Origin: an uncultured Bdellovibrionales bacterium
Lineage (GTDB): Bacteria; Bdellovibrionota_C; UBA2361; CAZKXU01
NCBI GenBank assembly: GCA_964556665.1
Contig: CAZKXU010000004.1
Location: forward strand, 1 to 62,197
Length of the DNA: 62,197 nucleotides
Reading direction: 5' to 3'
Part shown: in pieces, positions 10,601 to 19,221 of the stretch
Numbering within the stretch: the first letter of the stretch is position 1
How the letters are laid out: each line of letters starts with the position of its first letter
The notes under the pieces: generated by a model
Told to the model about the DNA's origin: nothing
The model's database searches: none
Seen by the model: only the letters and a program-made list of their open reading frames with translations
Translations under genes and position numbers: made by a program

Positions 10601-11840
10601 GTTGGGAGATGTTAGTCATAGCAGACAGCTTAGACTTCCCCTGCTTAGAGGAGAGCAGGTTACTTCGGCCGGCTTTAGCGCTGAGAATGGGGAGCTTGTA
10701 GTCAACTTTAAGCCTGCCGAGAAATTCCTGAATTTTAACAGCCTGCTCCCGTATAAGGCAGAGCTGAAACTTGAATCACAAAAGGGTCGTTCACTGAGTG
10801 AGATTTGGGAGGTAGCTTGCAAACCCATAGTTTCCTGCAGCGCTTCTGGCCTGAAGCCAACCTCATCTGCTAGTGAGGGCCAGCGTGAATGGCATTTCGA
10901 TCCGTTTCCTGGTGAGCTGACTACAATTAAGGTGCGCGCGTTGGATAGTGTTGGTGGTGACTTTGTTACTATTGATGAAGTTACGAGTCGTCAGGAGTTT
11001 GGAGCTTATATGAGAAGTGCAGATCTTAGTATCACTGTCAGAGTTTCAGAGCAGGCCCCATTTTGGTTTGAATTACCGGAGGGTGCTGTAGTTAAAGGTG
11101 CTACCTTAGATGGAAAAGGAGCCATTTCGATCGAAGGGAGAAAATTATCCGCCCTCCTGTCACCCGGCTCGCATGAGCTTAAGGCGAGCTATACTGAGGG
11201 GGATAAAGCAGGCATCTTCGATCGTGTCTCTGCCGTAACTTTCAGTCATCCTGCTCATAATGTAAAGGTGCAGATCTCTCCGACAGATGAACGCTGGCTG
11301 CTCTTTACCGGCGGCACAAGCTGGGGACCCTCTGTCGTATTTTGGGGGAAGCTAATCATGGTAATATTGATTGTCCTTGGATTATCTAATGTTGGACTTC
11401 TTACACTTACTCCGCTAGCCTCTCTGTTTTTAGGTATAGGCTTAACGACCCTGCCCATGATCAGGATCTGGATTCCACTCACCTGGTTGGCAGCACTTGC
11501 TCTTTATGCTGCTCAGCGCCAGATTTTTAAATCTATTCCGCGAAATATATTTTTAGTAGGCTTTGCTCTCCTTACTGTTCTCTCGCTTGCCTGTATATAT
11601 GAGGTTATCGAGTATGGACTTGTCTTAACTCCGCCTATGTTAGTAGTAGGTGGCCAGTCAACTGCAGCCTCGTTGAACTGGTATCTTGATCATGGCGGTA
11701 CGGTGCTTTTCAGACCCTGGATAATATGGCTGCCGTTGTGGACCTGGCGCTTACTGATGCTTGTATGGTCGACCTGGATGGTAGTAATGATTATTAAATG
11801 GATTAAACAGTCAATTGAAATTGTAAGGGTAAAAGTATAG
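7656..11840 (+). CDS. Large multi-pass membrane protein of unknown function (1394 aa)
   Basis: Signal peptide, two large extracytoplasmic regions each followed by a TM cluster; apparent internal duplication. Confidence 0.8.
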   Translation: MMNRIIILYVFLLPTLLLAQDSFKPSSGVPIPLQPWVNWVESQHPEWRCAQVGNEPVCVWPGSAKLELRNNGGSFELNAELLRKSQVALPYQKGIQPYDLKVVDRVRGETTPALIVDNNKASLLLDAGSYMISGLLAWDTLPPEIPVPMEYGILSVSLASDIEKLRIERTTNTIKLEPEINTTTSDGLNINIYRRLVDGSPLRIDTRIVLRVSGAARSLELGSVLLPGSLPVNVHATLSYQFDSAGRLSLELTPGEHTVSIESVMEQPVLRLTRPNNFIKEWPIEELWSWVEDAAFRSVELRGISAVQAELTTMPIDWQGGAAYAVPSGAEASLLEIRRGEQSTQAQALILNREMWLDLDGGGFTVRDKIKGRISGSYRLNALDELKIGRAIVNGAPWFISKDPNSERSGLDLRESDVEIEAVSILDGTRTFSAVGYDTDLSQLNISLHLPPLARLFNVSGARAPSSWIEAWTLLGIFGCLLLIVATNRILGRKVAIIIGVLIPLSHQEFLVPRMLFIHLLIVVLWYTLVTDKNSVWGAISRSLIYVTFIAWCLEALAFAKLQFSQFLYPQLEAGSRYRTAIQEIAIALERSFLAWPLILLLLALAILSLSWIFNYKSTWQLVKRSAAVLVLGVVVFSFVGGYLFSILIENKGPRRTVASSKAYTPEEGLQSRKLYKEYESNSIGKTVALMDLNEPAALPTYEQKKLLTGPAIPSWNWRTHNIWLKGPVLADSQIGVSFLSPGFVRFLSGLRAALTLYLIMLVFRRIGFSFNLPLRGLATSAALILILILLPHNAAAQFPDQDLLKSLEARMSAERCTLPDCAAIESATISIVDDRIEISMIGYSNGRAAINIPGPYSSFAPTAVRINGRPSVALRRNSSDFIQARTENGRNTIEVSGTAPANSFTLQFPSKPLHLNVEARNWISEGISAGGTTDGTVRFTRKRSDKVENRKASAAVLPGWIIAKRRFLIGEDISISTQLERLGDVSHSRQLRLPLLRGEQVTSAGFSAENGELVVNFKPAEKFLNFNSLLPYKAELKLESQKGRSLSEIWEVACKPIVSCSASGLKPTSSASEGQREWHFDPFPGELTTIKVRALDSVGGDFVTIDEVTSRQEFGAYMRSADLSITVRVSEQAPFWFELPEGAVVKGATLDGKGAISIEGRKLSALLSPGSHELKASYTEGDKAGIFDRVSAVTFSHPAHNVKVQISPTDERWLLFTGGTSWGPSVVFWGKLIMVILIVLGLSNVGLLTLTPLASLFLGIGLTTLPMIRIWIPLTWLAALALYAAQRQIFKSIPRNIFLVGFALLTVLSLACIYEVIEYGLVLTPPMLVVGGQSTAASLNWYLDHGGTVLFRPWIIWLPLWTWRLLMLVWSTWMVVMIIKWIKQSIEIVRVKV

Positions 11841-11849
11841 ATTTACTAT

Positions 11850-12203
11850 ATGGCAGATTCAAACGACACGGTATTTGGAAAAATTATTAGAAAAGAGATT
11901 CCAGCAGAGATAGTTTATGAAACTGAGACAGTTCTCGCTTTCAAAGATATTACTCCGCGTGCCCCTACACATATTATTGTAATACCGAAGAGATATATTC
12001 CTAAGCTCTCAGATGCCGTACAGTCCGATCGTGATGTGCTGGGTGAACTGATGCTCTCCATCACGTCGATAGTAAAGCAGCTAAATATTCCTGAAGATGG
12101 TTTTAGAGTAGTTATTAATAACGGTGCCAAAGCTGGACAAACAGTTTTTCATCTCCATCTTCATCTAATGGCGGGAAGGCCGTTTAATTGGCCGCCGGGG
12201 TAG
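11850..12203 (+). CDS. hinT: Histidine triad nucleotide-binding protein
   Basis: HLHLH triad and C-terminal WPPG; IFxKII-like N-terminus. Confidence 0.9.
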   Translation: MADSNDTVFGKIIRKEIPAEIVYETETVLAFKDITPRAPTHIIVIPKRYIPKLSDAVQSDRDVLGELMLSITSIVKQLNIPEDGFRVVINNGAKAGQTVFHLHLHLMAGRPFNWPPG

Positions 12204-12210
12204 GGTATAT

Positions 12211-13002
12211 ATGTCAATAATGGAAGAGGAAGTAGTAAAAGTCGAACAGCATGGATCTACCTTAGAGCTAACGATCAATCGCCCAAAGGCACTAAATGCA
12301 CTTAACTTAGATGTCTTAGTAGCACTGTCTCAGGCATTTGAGCGGGCAGGGCGTGATAATCAACTTAGAGCAGTAATAATTACCGGTGCTGGAGAGAAAG
12401 CTTTTGTTGCCGGTGCTGATATAGCAGGCATGGTAGATCTGGGTCCGCGACCGATAGCAGACTATATAGAACTTGGACAGCGCGTAATGCGCCAAATAGA
12501 GAAATTTCAGTTACCGGTAATCGCAGCAGTAAATGGTTTTGCGCTAGGCGGCGGGCTTGAGCTGGCTCTTGCATGTGATATGGTAGTAGCTGCTAGGAAT
12601 GCAAAGCTTGGGACCCCTGAGGTAAGCCTTGCCATTATTCCCGGATTCGGTGGTACGCAACGTTTAATACAACGGTGTGGAATAGGGCAGGCACGCAGGC
12701 TTGTTTTAACAGGTGAGCTAATTGATGCAGATGAGGCTGCTAGGATCGGGGTGATAGAGAAAGTTGTTGAGTCCGCCGATCTATTAACCCAGGCACGTGC
12801 TTGGGGAGATATGGTTAGCAAAAAGGGACCTTTAGCAGTAATGGAAGGGAAGAGTGTTATTGCACGCTCACAGGAGCAGAGCCTCCTTAGCGGCCTACAG
12901 TTAGAGGTTGAGGCGTTTTTAAAGCTCTTCGGTACCTCTGATCGAGAGGAGGGGATGCGAGCTTTTATGCAGAAGCGTGAGGCTAAGTTTGTTGGGAAGT
13001 GA
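12211..13002 (+). CDS. Enoyl-CoA hydratase (crotonase family)
   Basis: KAFVAGADI, GFALGGGLELALACD, PEVSLAIIPGFGGTQRL. Confidence 0.9.
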   Translation: MSIMEEEVVKVEQHGSTLELTINRPKALNALNLDVLVALSQAFERAGRDNQLRAVIITGAGEKAFVAGADIAGMVDLGPRPIADYIELGQRVMRQIEKFQLPVIAAVNGFALGGGLELALACDMVVAARNAKLGTPEVSLAIIPGFGGTQRLIQRCGIGQARRLVLTGELIDADEAARIGVIEKVVESADLLTQARAWGDMVSKKGPLAVMEGKSVIARSQEQSLLSGLQLEVEAFLKLFGTSDREEGMRAFMQKREAKFVGK

Positions 13003-13015
13003 GCTGCGGTTCTTT

Positions 13016-13091
13016 ACTGGAACCTCGGACATATTGCCAACAACTTATCCCCATTCAGCACGTTTGCGGGCAAGATGCCCGCGGTCCCAGT
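13016..13091. repeat. REP doublet (REPIN-like)
   Basis: Degenerate left arm 13016-13041, 24-nt spacer, right arm GCGGGCAAGATGCCCGCGGTCCCAGT 13066-13091. Confidence 0.8.
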
Positions 13092-13121
13092 TAGCAACAG
13101 CTTCTTTACTACAGTATAACT

Positions 13122-14285
13122 ATGACATGGCTTGACGGCTTTAAATTTGATCTGACTGAAGAGGAGCGCATGGCGCAGGAGACGGCGCGCTCATTTGCTG
13201 AGAACGAGGTGTTACCATTAGCAGCAAAAATAGATCATGAACATTATTTCCCAAAAGAGCTGATCCCTAAGATGGGAGCGCTTGGATTTATGGGAGCGAC
13301 TGTGCCAACAGAGTATGATGGCGCAGGTTTTTCACAGAAAGCCTACTGTCTTATCATAGAAGAGCTTGCAGCTGCCTGCGCATCAACTTCTATTATTTGT
13401 AGTGCACATAACTCTCTTTGCATCTCACCTATCGTTGATTACGGAAGTGCTCAGCAAAAAAAAGATTATCTGCCGAAACTTGCCACAGGAAAATGGATCG
13501 GCTGCTTCGCACTATCAGAACCAGGCACTGGCAGTGATGCAGCATCCTTGTCATGTCGTGCAGAGAAGAGAGGCAATAAATATATAATTAATGGCACTAA
13601 GAATTGGATTACAAACGGCCCTGAATCCGATGTTTGTGTCCTCTTTACTACTGAGAACCCGGCTGCTGGTCATAAGGGGGTTACAGCCTTTGTACACTCA
13701 ATGAAGGCGAAAGGTGTAAGCTCTGGCAAGCGTGAGGAGAAGCTTGGCATCTGTGGTTCGCCTACATCCAGCATTACATACGACAATGTTGAGCTTACTG
13801 AGGAGAATGTATTGGGCGGTGCGCTAAACGGCTTTAAAGTTGCAATGTCGACTCTAAATGGCGGCCGCATGGGAGTTGCTTCACAGGCAATAGGAATCGC
13901 TCGCGCTGCATTGCGTGATGCAATGGCTTATGCGAAAACGCGCAAAACTTTCGGCAAAACAATCTCCGAGCATCAAAGTATTCAGAACTATATTGCGGAC
14001 ATGATCGTAGATATTGATGCAGCTCGTTACTTAACTTTAGCGGCGGCAAATTTAAAAGATCATAAGAAGCCCTATATACGTGAAGCCGCTATGGCTAAAT
14101 TATTTGCATCGGAGGCAGCAATGCGAGCAAGTATCAAAGGGGTGCAGATACATGGTGGTTACGGTTATGTAAAGGAGTTCCCAGCAGAGCGTCATCTTCG
14201 GGATGCTAAAATTACAGAGATTTATGAGGGTACAAGTGAGATCCAGCGGCTTGTGATAGCAGGACATCTGTTGAAGGAGGGATAG
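13122..14285 (+). CDS. Short/branched-chain acyl-CoA dehydrogenase
   Basis: CFALSEPGTGSDA, INGTKNWITNG, QIHGGYGY, ITEIYEGTSEIQR. Confidence 0.92.
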   Translation: MTWLDGFKFDLTEEERMAQETARSFAENEVLPLAAKIDHEHYFPKELIPKMGALGFMGATVPTEYDGAGFSQKAYCLIIEELAAACASTSIICSAHNSLCISPIVDYGSAQQKKDYLPKLATGKWIGCFALSEPGTGSDAASLSCRAEKRGNKYIINGTKNWITNGPESDVCVLFTTENPAAGHKGVTAFVHSMKAKGVSSGKREEKLGICGSPTSSITYDNVELTEENVLGGALNGFKVAMSTLNGGRMGVASQAIGIARAALRDAMAYAKTRKTFGKTISEHQSIQNYIADMIVDIDAARYLTLAAANLKDHKKPYIREAAMAKLFASEAAMRASIKGVQIHGGYGYVKEFPAERHLRDAKITEIYEGTSEIQRLVIAGHLLKEG

Positions 14286-14292
14286 TGTTCAC

Positions 14293-14368
14293 ACTGGGAC
14301 CGCGGGCTTCTAGCCCGCAACGCAGCTCCTTCAGGCTCGTTTGCGGGCTAGAAGCCCGCGCTCCCAGT
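14293..14368. repeat. REP doublet (REPIN-like)
   Basis: ACTGGGACCGCGGGCTTCTAGCCCGC 14293-14318, 24-nt spacer, inverted copy 14343-14368. Confidence 0.92.
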
Positions 14369-14420
14369 AGAAAGATTAGTATACAGCGTACTAGCAACTT
14401 AGATTTTAAATAGTATCAAA

Positions 14421-16094
14421 ATGGCAACTAAACCTAAAAAAGCTAAAACAGTGAAATCCGCATCCCTCAAGGAGTGGCAAGATGCACGTTATAAGAAACA
14501 GAAGGAGCGTATTTCAGAATTTCAATCCATAAGTTTTAGAAAGCAGCCTGAGCTAGTAACTCCAGAAAATCAAGGCAAGTCTGATTATCGGGAGAGTTTA
14601 GGATATCCTGGAGAATTCCCCTTTACTCGCGGCGTACAGCCCAGCATGTACCGCGGCCGGCTCTGGACAATGCGCCAATTTGCCGGTTTTGGCACACCTG
14701 AGGATACTAATAAACGGTTTAAATATCTTTTGGAGCATGGCCAGACAGGACTATCTACTGCTTTTGATATGCCTTCTCTTATGGGCTATGACCCAGACCA
14801 TCCTAAATCTCAAGGTGAAGTTGGAAGGGAAGGAGTTTCAGTATCAACTATTGATGACATGGAGCGCTTATTCGCAGGAATAGATCAGGACAAAGTTACC
14901 ACATCTATGACCATTAACTGCAGCGCCACAGTCGCTATGGCGATGTATTTCTGTATGGCGCGACGCCGCGGTCTTAGCTTTGACAAGTTGGGCGGAACCA
15001 TTCAGAACGATATGTTCAAGGAATTTATCGCCCAAAAAGAGTGGATCTGCCCACCGTCGCCAGCCGTAAAACTTGCCTGTGATATTATAGAATTCTGCGC
15101 CAAAGAGGCGCCGCGCTTTAATCCGATCAGCATAAGCGGATATCACATAAGGGAAGCAGGAGCGACTGCGGTGCAGGAGCTTGCATTTACCTTAGCCGAT
15201 GGTATCGGATATGTAGAGCACTGTGTCGCGCGCGGCATGGATATAGATAGCTTTGCTCCGCGTCTATCTTTCTTCTTTGATGTGCATAATGATTTTTTTG
15301 AGGAGATTGCAAAATTTAGAGCAGCGCGAAGAATCTGGGCGCACCTAATGCGGGATCGTTTTGGTGCAGAGGATGAGGCTTCGATGAAGCTAAGAACGCA
15401 TGCCCAAACAGCAGGAGTGAGCCTTACGGCGCAGCAGCCTCTTAACAACGTAGCGCGTGTAGCGTTACAGGCATTGGCAGCTGTCTTAGGCGGAGTTCAA
15501 AGCCTACATACAAACTCAATGGATGAAACCTTATCACTGCCTACTGAGAATGCAGCAAAAGTAGCTTTGCGTACACAACAGATAATAGCAGAGGAAACAG
15601 GGGTGACTCATACAGTCGATCCGTTAGGCGGTTCTTATCATGTAGAACGACTCACTAACGAGATAGAAGCAGAGGCACTGCAATACATCCATAAGATAGA
15701 CGCCATGGGAGGAATGCTTAAAGCGGTTGAGCTTGGCTATCCACAGAAAGAGATAGCTGAATCAGCTTATCAATTCCAGCTCTTAGTTGACGCACAGAAA
15801 TATGGAACAGTTGGCGTAAATGTTTATCAGGATGAACAGGAGCAGGAGATCCCAATACTTCATATCGACTTCGAAAAAGAGGCGCAGCAAATTGAGAGAG
15901 TCAAAGAATTTAAAAAGAAACGGAATAAAACACGATGGCAGGCATCAATGAACGACATTAAACGGGCCTGTGAGGAGAATCGCAATGTTATGCCGGCGCT
16001 TATAGACGGAGTCGATCGAGGGGTGACTTTAGGCGAAATTTCAGATATATATCGTGAAGTTTACGGAGTGTATACCGATCCAGGGTTAATATAG
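14421..16094 (+). CDS. icmA: B12-dependent acyl-CoA mutase large subunit, isobutyryl-CoA mutase type
   Basis: Mutase motifs [20 protein letters not shown]; RQFAGF (F87) and IAQKEW (Q205) at the positions of MCM Y89/R207; no B12-binding domain in the chain. Confidence 0.78.
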   Translation: MATKPKKAKTVKSASLKEWQDARYKKQKERISEFQSISFRKQPELVTPENQGKSDYRESLGYPGEFPFTRGVQPSMYRGRLWTMRQFAGFGTPEDTNKRFKYLLEHGQTGLSTAFDMPSLMGYDPDHPKSQGEVGREGVSVSTIDDMERLFAGIDQDKVTTSMTINCSATVAMAMYFCMARRRGLSFDKLGGTIQNDMFKEFIAQKEWICPPSPAVKLACDIIEFCAKEAPRFNPISISGYHIREAGATAVQELAFTLADGIGYVEHCVARGMDIDSFAPRLSFFFDVHNDFFEEIAKFRAARRIWAHLMRDRFGAEDEASMKLRTHAQTAGVSLTAQQPLNNVARVALQALAAVLGGVQSLHTNSMDETLSLPTENAAKVALRTQQIIAEETGVTHTVDPLGGSYHVERLTNEIEAEALQYIHKIDAMGGMLKAVELGYPQKEIAESAYQFQLLVDAQKYGTVGVNVYQDEQEQEIPILHIDFEKEAQQIERVKEFKKKRNKTRWQASMNDIKRACEENRNVMPALIDGVDRGVTLGEISDIYREVYGVYTDPGLI

Positions 16095-16134
16095 AACAAA
16101 TTTAAGTAATTGCTCAAAAAGTGTGGGCAAAACT

Positions 16135-16159
16135 GTAGGGGCAGATGGTAATCTGCCCC
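16135..16159 (+). repeat. Single GTAG-type REP-like palindrome
   Basis: GTAG overlapping a perfect 9-bp stem GGGGCAGAT-GGTA-ATCTGCCCC. Confidence 0.5.
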
Positions 16160-16256
16160 AGGTGCGAGCGGCAGCTCGCACAAGCCTGGCCTTAATTGGC
16201 AATTATAAATTTAGGACGGCGAATTTCGACTTTCCCACTGATTGTATTTATATTTT

Positions 16257-16676
16257 ATGGCCAAAAAAACTGCTTCAAAAAAATCACCTCTACGTATCCT
16301 CATAGGTAAACCCGGCCTGGATGGCCACGATCGTGGCGCCAAGGTCATAGCACGCGCGCTACGTGATGCTGGTATGGAGGTAATCTATACAGGACTCCAT
16401 CAAACTCCTGAGATGATCGTACGAAGCGCTATACAGGAAGATGTTCAAGCTATCGGTCTAAGTATCCTCTCCGGTGCGCATATGACCCTCTTTCCAGCTG
16501 TGATTGAGCTACTAAAGAAAGAAGGTGCCCCTGATATTATAGTATTTGGGGGCGGTATAGTTCCTAAACCTGATATAGAAAAATTAAAAAAGATCGGTGT
16601 TAAAGAGATCTTCCTTCCTGGTGCGAATACTCAACACGTTGTTAAGTGGATTGAGGAGAATGTGGTTGGTAGATAG
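16257..16676 (+). CDS. icmB: Cobalamin-binding small subunit of the acyl-CoA mutase
   Basis: DGHDRG B12-binding motif, [12 protein letters not shown]; ATG 16257 chosen as start. Confidence 0.82.
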   Translation: MAKKTASKKSPLRILIGKPGLDGHDRGAKVIARALRDAGMEVIYTGLHQTPEMIVRSAIQEDVQAIGLSILSGAHMTLFPAVIELLKKEGAPDIIVFGGGIVPKPDIEKLKKIGVKEIFLPGANTQHVVKWIEENVVGR

Positions 16677-16702
16677 TGTCTGTCCCTCAGGACAGACACT
16701 AT
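16673..16702. terminator. Hairpin at the end of icmB, between convergent units
   Basis: Perfect 13-bp stem ATAGTGTCTGTCC/GGACAGACACTAT overlapping the stop codon; no clear U-tract. Confidence 0.45.
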
Positions 16703-16920
16703 TGAGAACGCTAGCTAAAAGGCCAATTTTGCAATCCGCTACAGGCCTTAATCTTAATCGACTCTTTCGCACAAAATATTAAAAAGATTCGACCGAGTAA
16801 AAAAAATTGATTAATATGTAGTATCGGAGTACCTCCCTAGGCGACCGACAGGGAGCCCCACAGATTCTGCACGGGCCTCCCAGACACTTTTTCTCAAAAA
16901 AAGTAGTTCCCGTACAGAAT

Positions 16921-19221
16921 CTATCTAAATGACTGTGTCTCGCCGCGCGGCTGGAACTTTAGATCACTTAGCTCTCTTGTTCCAAGCGACTCATCCTGAT
17001 GTAAATCGATCTCATCATCGACGTTAAACACTTTAGCCCCTACCAGTCCAAAGAAGGTAAATGCGTATTTAAAATAGACCTGCGTCTTAGGTGCCACAAT
17101 CTGCATGGAGAGGATATCCCCTGTGTCCTCCCTGCATGCTCCAAGATGATCCCCATCATGGTTACGTAGATGAGCATCTACTGCGCTTTCACCCACTTCT
17201 AGAGTTATCCCTATACCTGAACGGCCATTTGGATAATGACAGATTGTCACCTTCTTCTCCTCTACTACTGCTGTTGCTGTTGGAGGAACCGCTGTTGCAG
17301 TTGGTGGGATAGGGGTGTTTGTTGGTCTAGGAGTCGCTGTCGGAGGGACCGGCGTAGCAGTAGCCTCTTTGCCGCCACTCTTGCCACTTTTACCATCCTT
17401 TCCGCTTTTGCCACTATTATCATCCCCTTTCACGCTGGTACTGGTTGGAGGCGGCACGGGCGTATTCGTTGGCTTCGCAGTTGCAGTTGGTGGAATAGGG
17501 GTGTTTGTTGGTTTGGGTGTAGCTGTTGGAGGGAGCGGCGTAGCAGTAGGCGGGACTGTTGTAGGTGTCGCTGTTAGAGGTACGCATGGTCCATAATAGT
17601 CGTTCGGATGATTCGGAATATGACCACTAACCCCACTAGTAGCTATCTCAAGAGTATTCCCGAGATCTGAACTCCCTGTTCTATGACAGATTACGACCTT
17701 GGCAGCAGGCGCAAATCGCACCTTATCCGGATCGAAATACCCTAAATCCGGACTCCCATGTGGCCCTCCGCTCTTACCACTCTTGCCACTTTTCCCATCA
17801 TCTCCTCCATCCTTTCCACTCTTACCATCATCATTGCCTCCACCAGAGTTCCCACTTTTACCGCTCTTACCACTCTTCCCGCTTTTTCCACTCTTGCCAC
17901 TTTTGCCATCATCTTCCTCCCATGGCTTGCGGTAACTCCCTTCATCTCCGATAAAGGTAACGGTATTCTCACCAACAATATTTAGTAAAAACTGCCCTGG
18001 CCTCTCTCCATTGTTTACAAAATTCCCTACCGGAATCGGTCCTGCCTCAATTGTCCCGACATATACTGTTACTTTTCCGTCAGCAGGGCTCGGATTAACT
18101 ACCAACTTTGCAGTATCCTCGATCGTTAGCTTACTAAAATAGTACCCAAATGCTGTAGTCGTAAGTGTCAAAGTCTGTCCACTCTTAATTTTCACCTCTC
18201 CCCAACAACGGTTGGCAGCTGCATTTCCGGTGACAGTTAAGGTCGTGCTTGTGGATATCTCTATGTTCCCCTGATCAGATGGACAGTAAACACTCCAACT
18301 ATCAAATACAGGCAGATCAGGCACTTCGCAGCTTGAGCCGCTACAGCTCTCACCTACAGTTGGACAGCCCTGTATAAAATCATCACAAACTTTTGACTGT
18401 GCTAGTATTTTTAATCTATCCTTACTATTTACCTCGCCGTAAACTGTACTCTTTTTATCAAGAGTTAAAGAAAGATTCGATGCTGCATTACCATATGGCC
18501 GTCTGCTTTGCTGAGTGTAAGGACCTACGGCTGAGTCATAGGAATCATGTATAACATTTGAAAATGTTAGATCATCAACCCCGATCATGGCTCCCATAGA
18601 GTCATATACAAGCTCACTCATGATATAAGCTGTAAGCTGCATGCCGGTGTTAAGATCGGTCATCGCATCAACTCGAAAAACCGGATAAAAATCTGTAGTC
18701 GGAGGCTGCGCTGGAGGGTTGCCATAATCTGCTGCTGCTGTCACAGGAAGAACGTCTACTAATGTGAGGCGCACAAACCCTGGGAAATCTTGTATTTTGA
18801 AATCCGCTGCTGCATCAAATGAGGCACCAGTGCTGGTATTAGAGGTAACAGGGAATGCAGCCGTAGCAAGATCAACAGTGTCTGTAAGAATAGCAGAGTT
18901 ATTACTGTCCTTAATCTTCACCTTTGTGGGCACTGTGAACTTTGTATCGTTAGCACCCACAGAAGGGGCTGTTCTTTCGAAGTTGTTATAAAACTTAGCT
19001 GCTGAAAAGGGGGATACTAAGTTTTTTGAATTTGAGCGCAGCCAATTAAGAACCTGCGAAAGCCCGTTTTCAGAAAGATAGATTCTAGTCGCCTTTTTTT
19101 CACCGAAAAGGGACATGCGTAAATTAGAGGAGGAGAAACTTAAGGCGCTAGCGATGATCACTGAAGCTAACAAGAGAAAGATCAGGTATCCTAGAAGAGT
19201 ATTCCCGTTTTTTTTCATCAT
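16921..19221 (-). CDS. PilX/TadG-like pilus-associated protein with low-complexity insertion
   Basis: N-terminal pilin-like TM helix, last gene of a prepilin cluster, beta-rich C-terminal half, GKS repeats, PT-rich repeats, two ICH...H..H..C mini-domains. Confidence 0.65.
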   Translation of the reverse strand: MMKKNGNTLLGYLIFLLLASVIIASALSFSSSNLRMSLFGEKKATRIYLSENGLSQVLNWLRSNSKNLVSPFSAAKFYNNFERTAPSVGANDTKFTVPTKVKIKDSNNSAILTDTVDLATAAFPVTSNTSTGASFDAAADFKIQDFPGFVRLTLVDVLPVTAAADYGNPPAQPPTTDFYPVFRVDAMTDLNTGMQLTAYIMSELVYDSMGAMIGVDDLTFSNVIHDSYDSAVGPYTQQSRRPYGNAASNLSLTLDKKSTVYGEVNSKDRLKILAQSKVCDDFIQGCPTVGESCSGSSCEVPDLPVFDSWSVYCPSDQGNIEISTSTTLTVTGNAAANRCWGEVKIKSGQTLTLTTTAFGYYFSKLTIEDTAKLVVNPSPADGKVTVYVGTIEAGPIPVGNFVNNGERPGQFLLNIVGENTVTFIGDEGSYRKPWEEDDGKSGKSGKSGKSGKSGKSGNSGGGNDDGKSGKDGGDDGKSGKSGKSGGPHGSPDLGYFDPDKVRFAPAAKVVICHRTGSSDLGNTLEIATSGVSGHIPNHPNDYYGPCVPLTATPTTVPPTATPLPPTATPKPTNTPIPPTATAKPTNTPVPPPTSTSVKGDDNSGKSGKDGKSGKSGGKEATATPVPPTATPRPTNTPIPPTATAVPPTATAVVEEKKVTICHYPNGRSGIGITLEVGESAVDAHLRNHDGDHLGACREDTGDILSMQIVAPKTQVYFKYAFTFFGLVGAKVFNVDDEIDLHQDESLGTRELSDLKFQPRGETQSFR

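Noticed and set aside
14421-16676. Methylmalonyl-CoA mutase annotation
   Set aside because: It lacks the MCM Tyr/Arg substrate residues (has Phe/Gln); kept as an isobutyryl-CoA mutase type.
16810-16900. GC-rich stem GGGAGCCC...GGGCCTCCC as a tRNA or ncRNA
   Set aside because: No cloverleaf, T-loop or promoter/terminator context; at most a terminator for the pilin operon.
17765-17910. GKS repeats as Walker A motifs
   Set aside because: They are tandem low-complexity repeats in an exported protein, without the GxxxxGKS strand/helix context.
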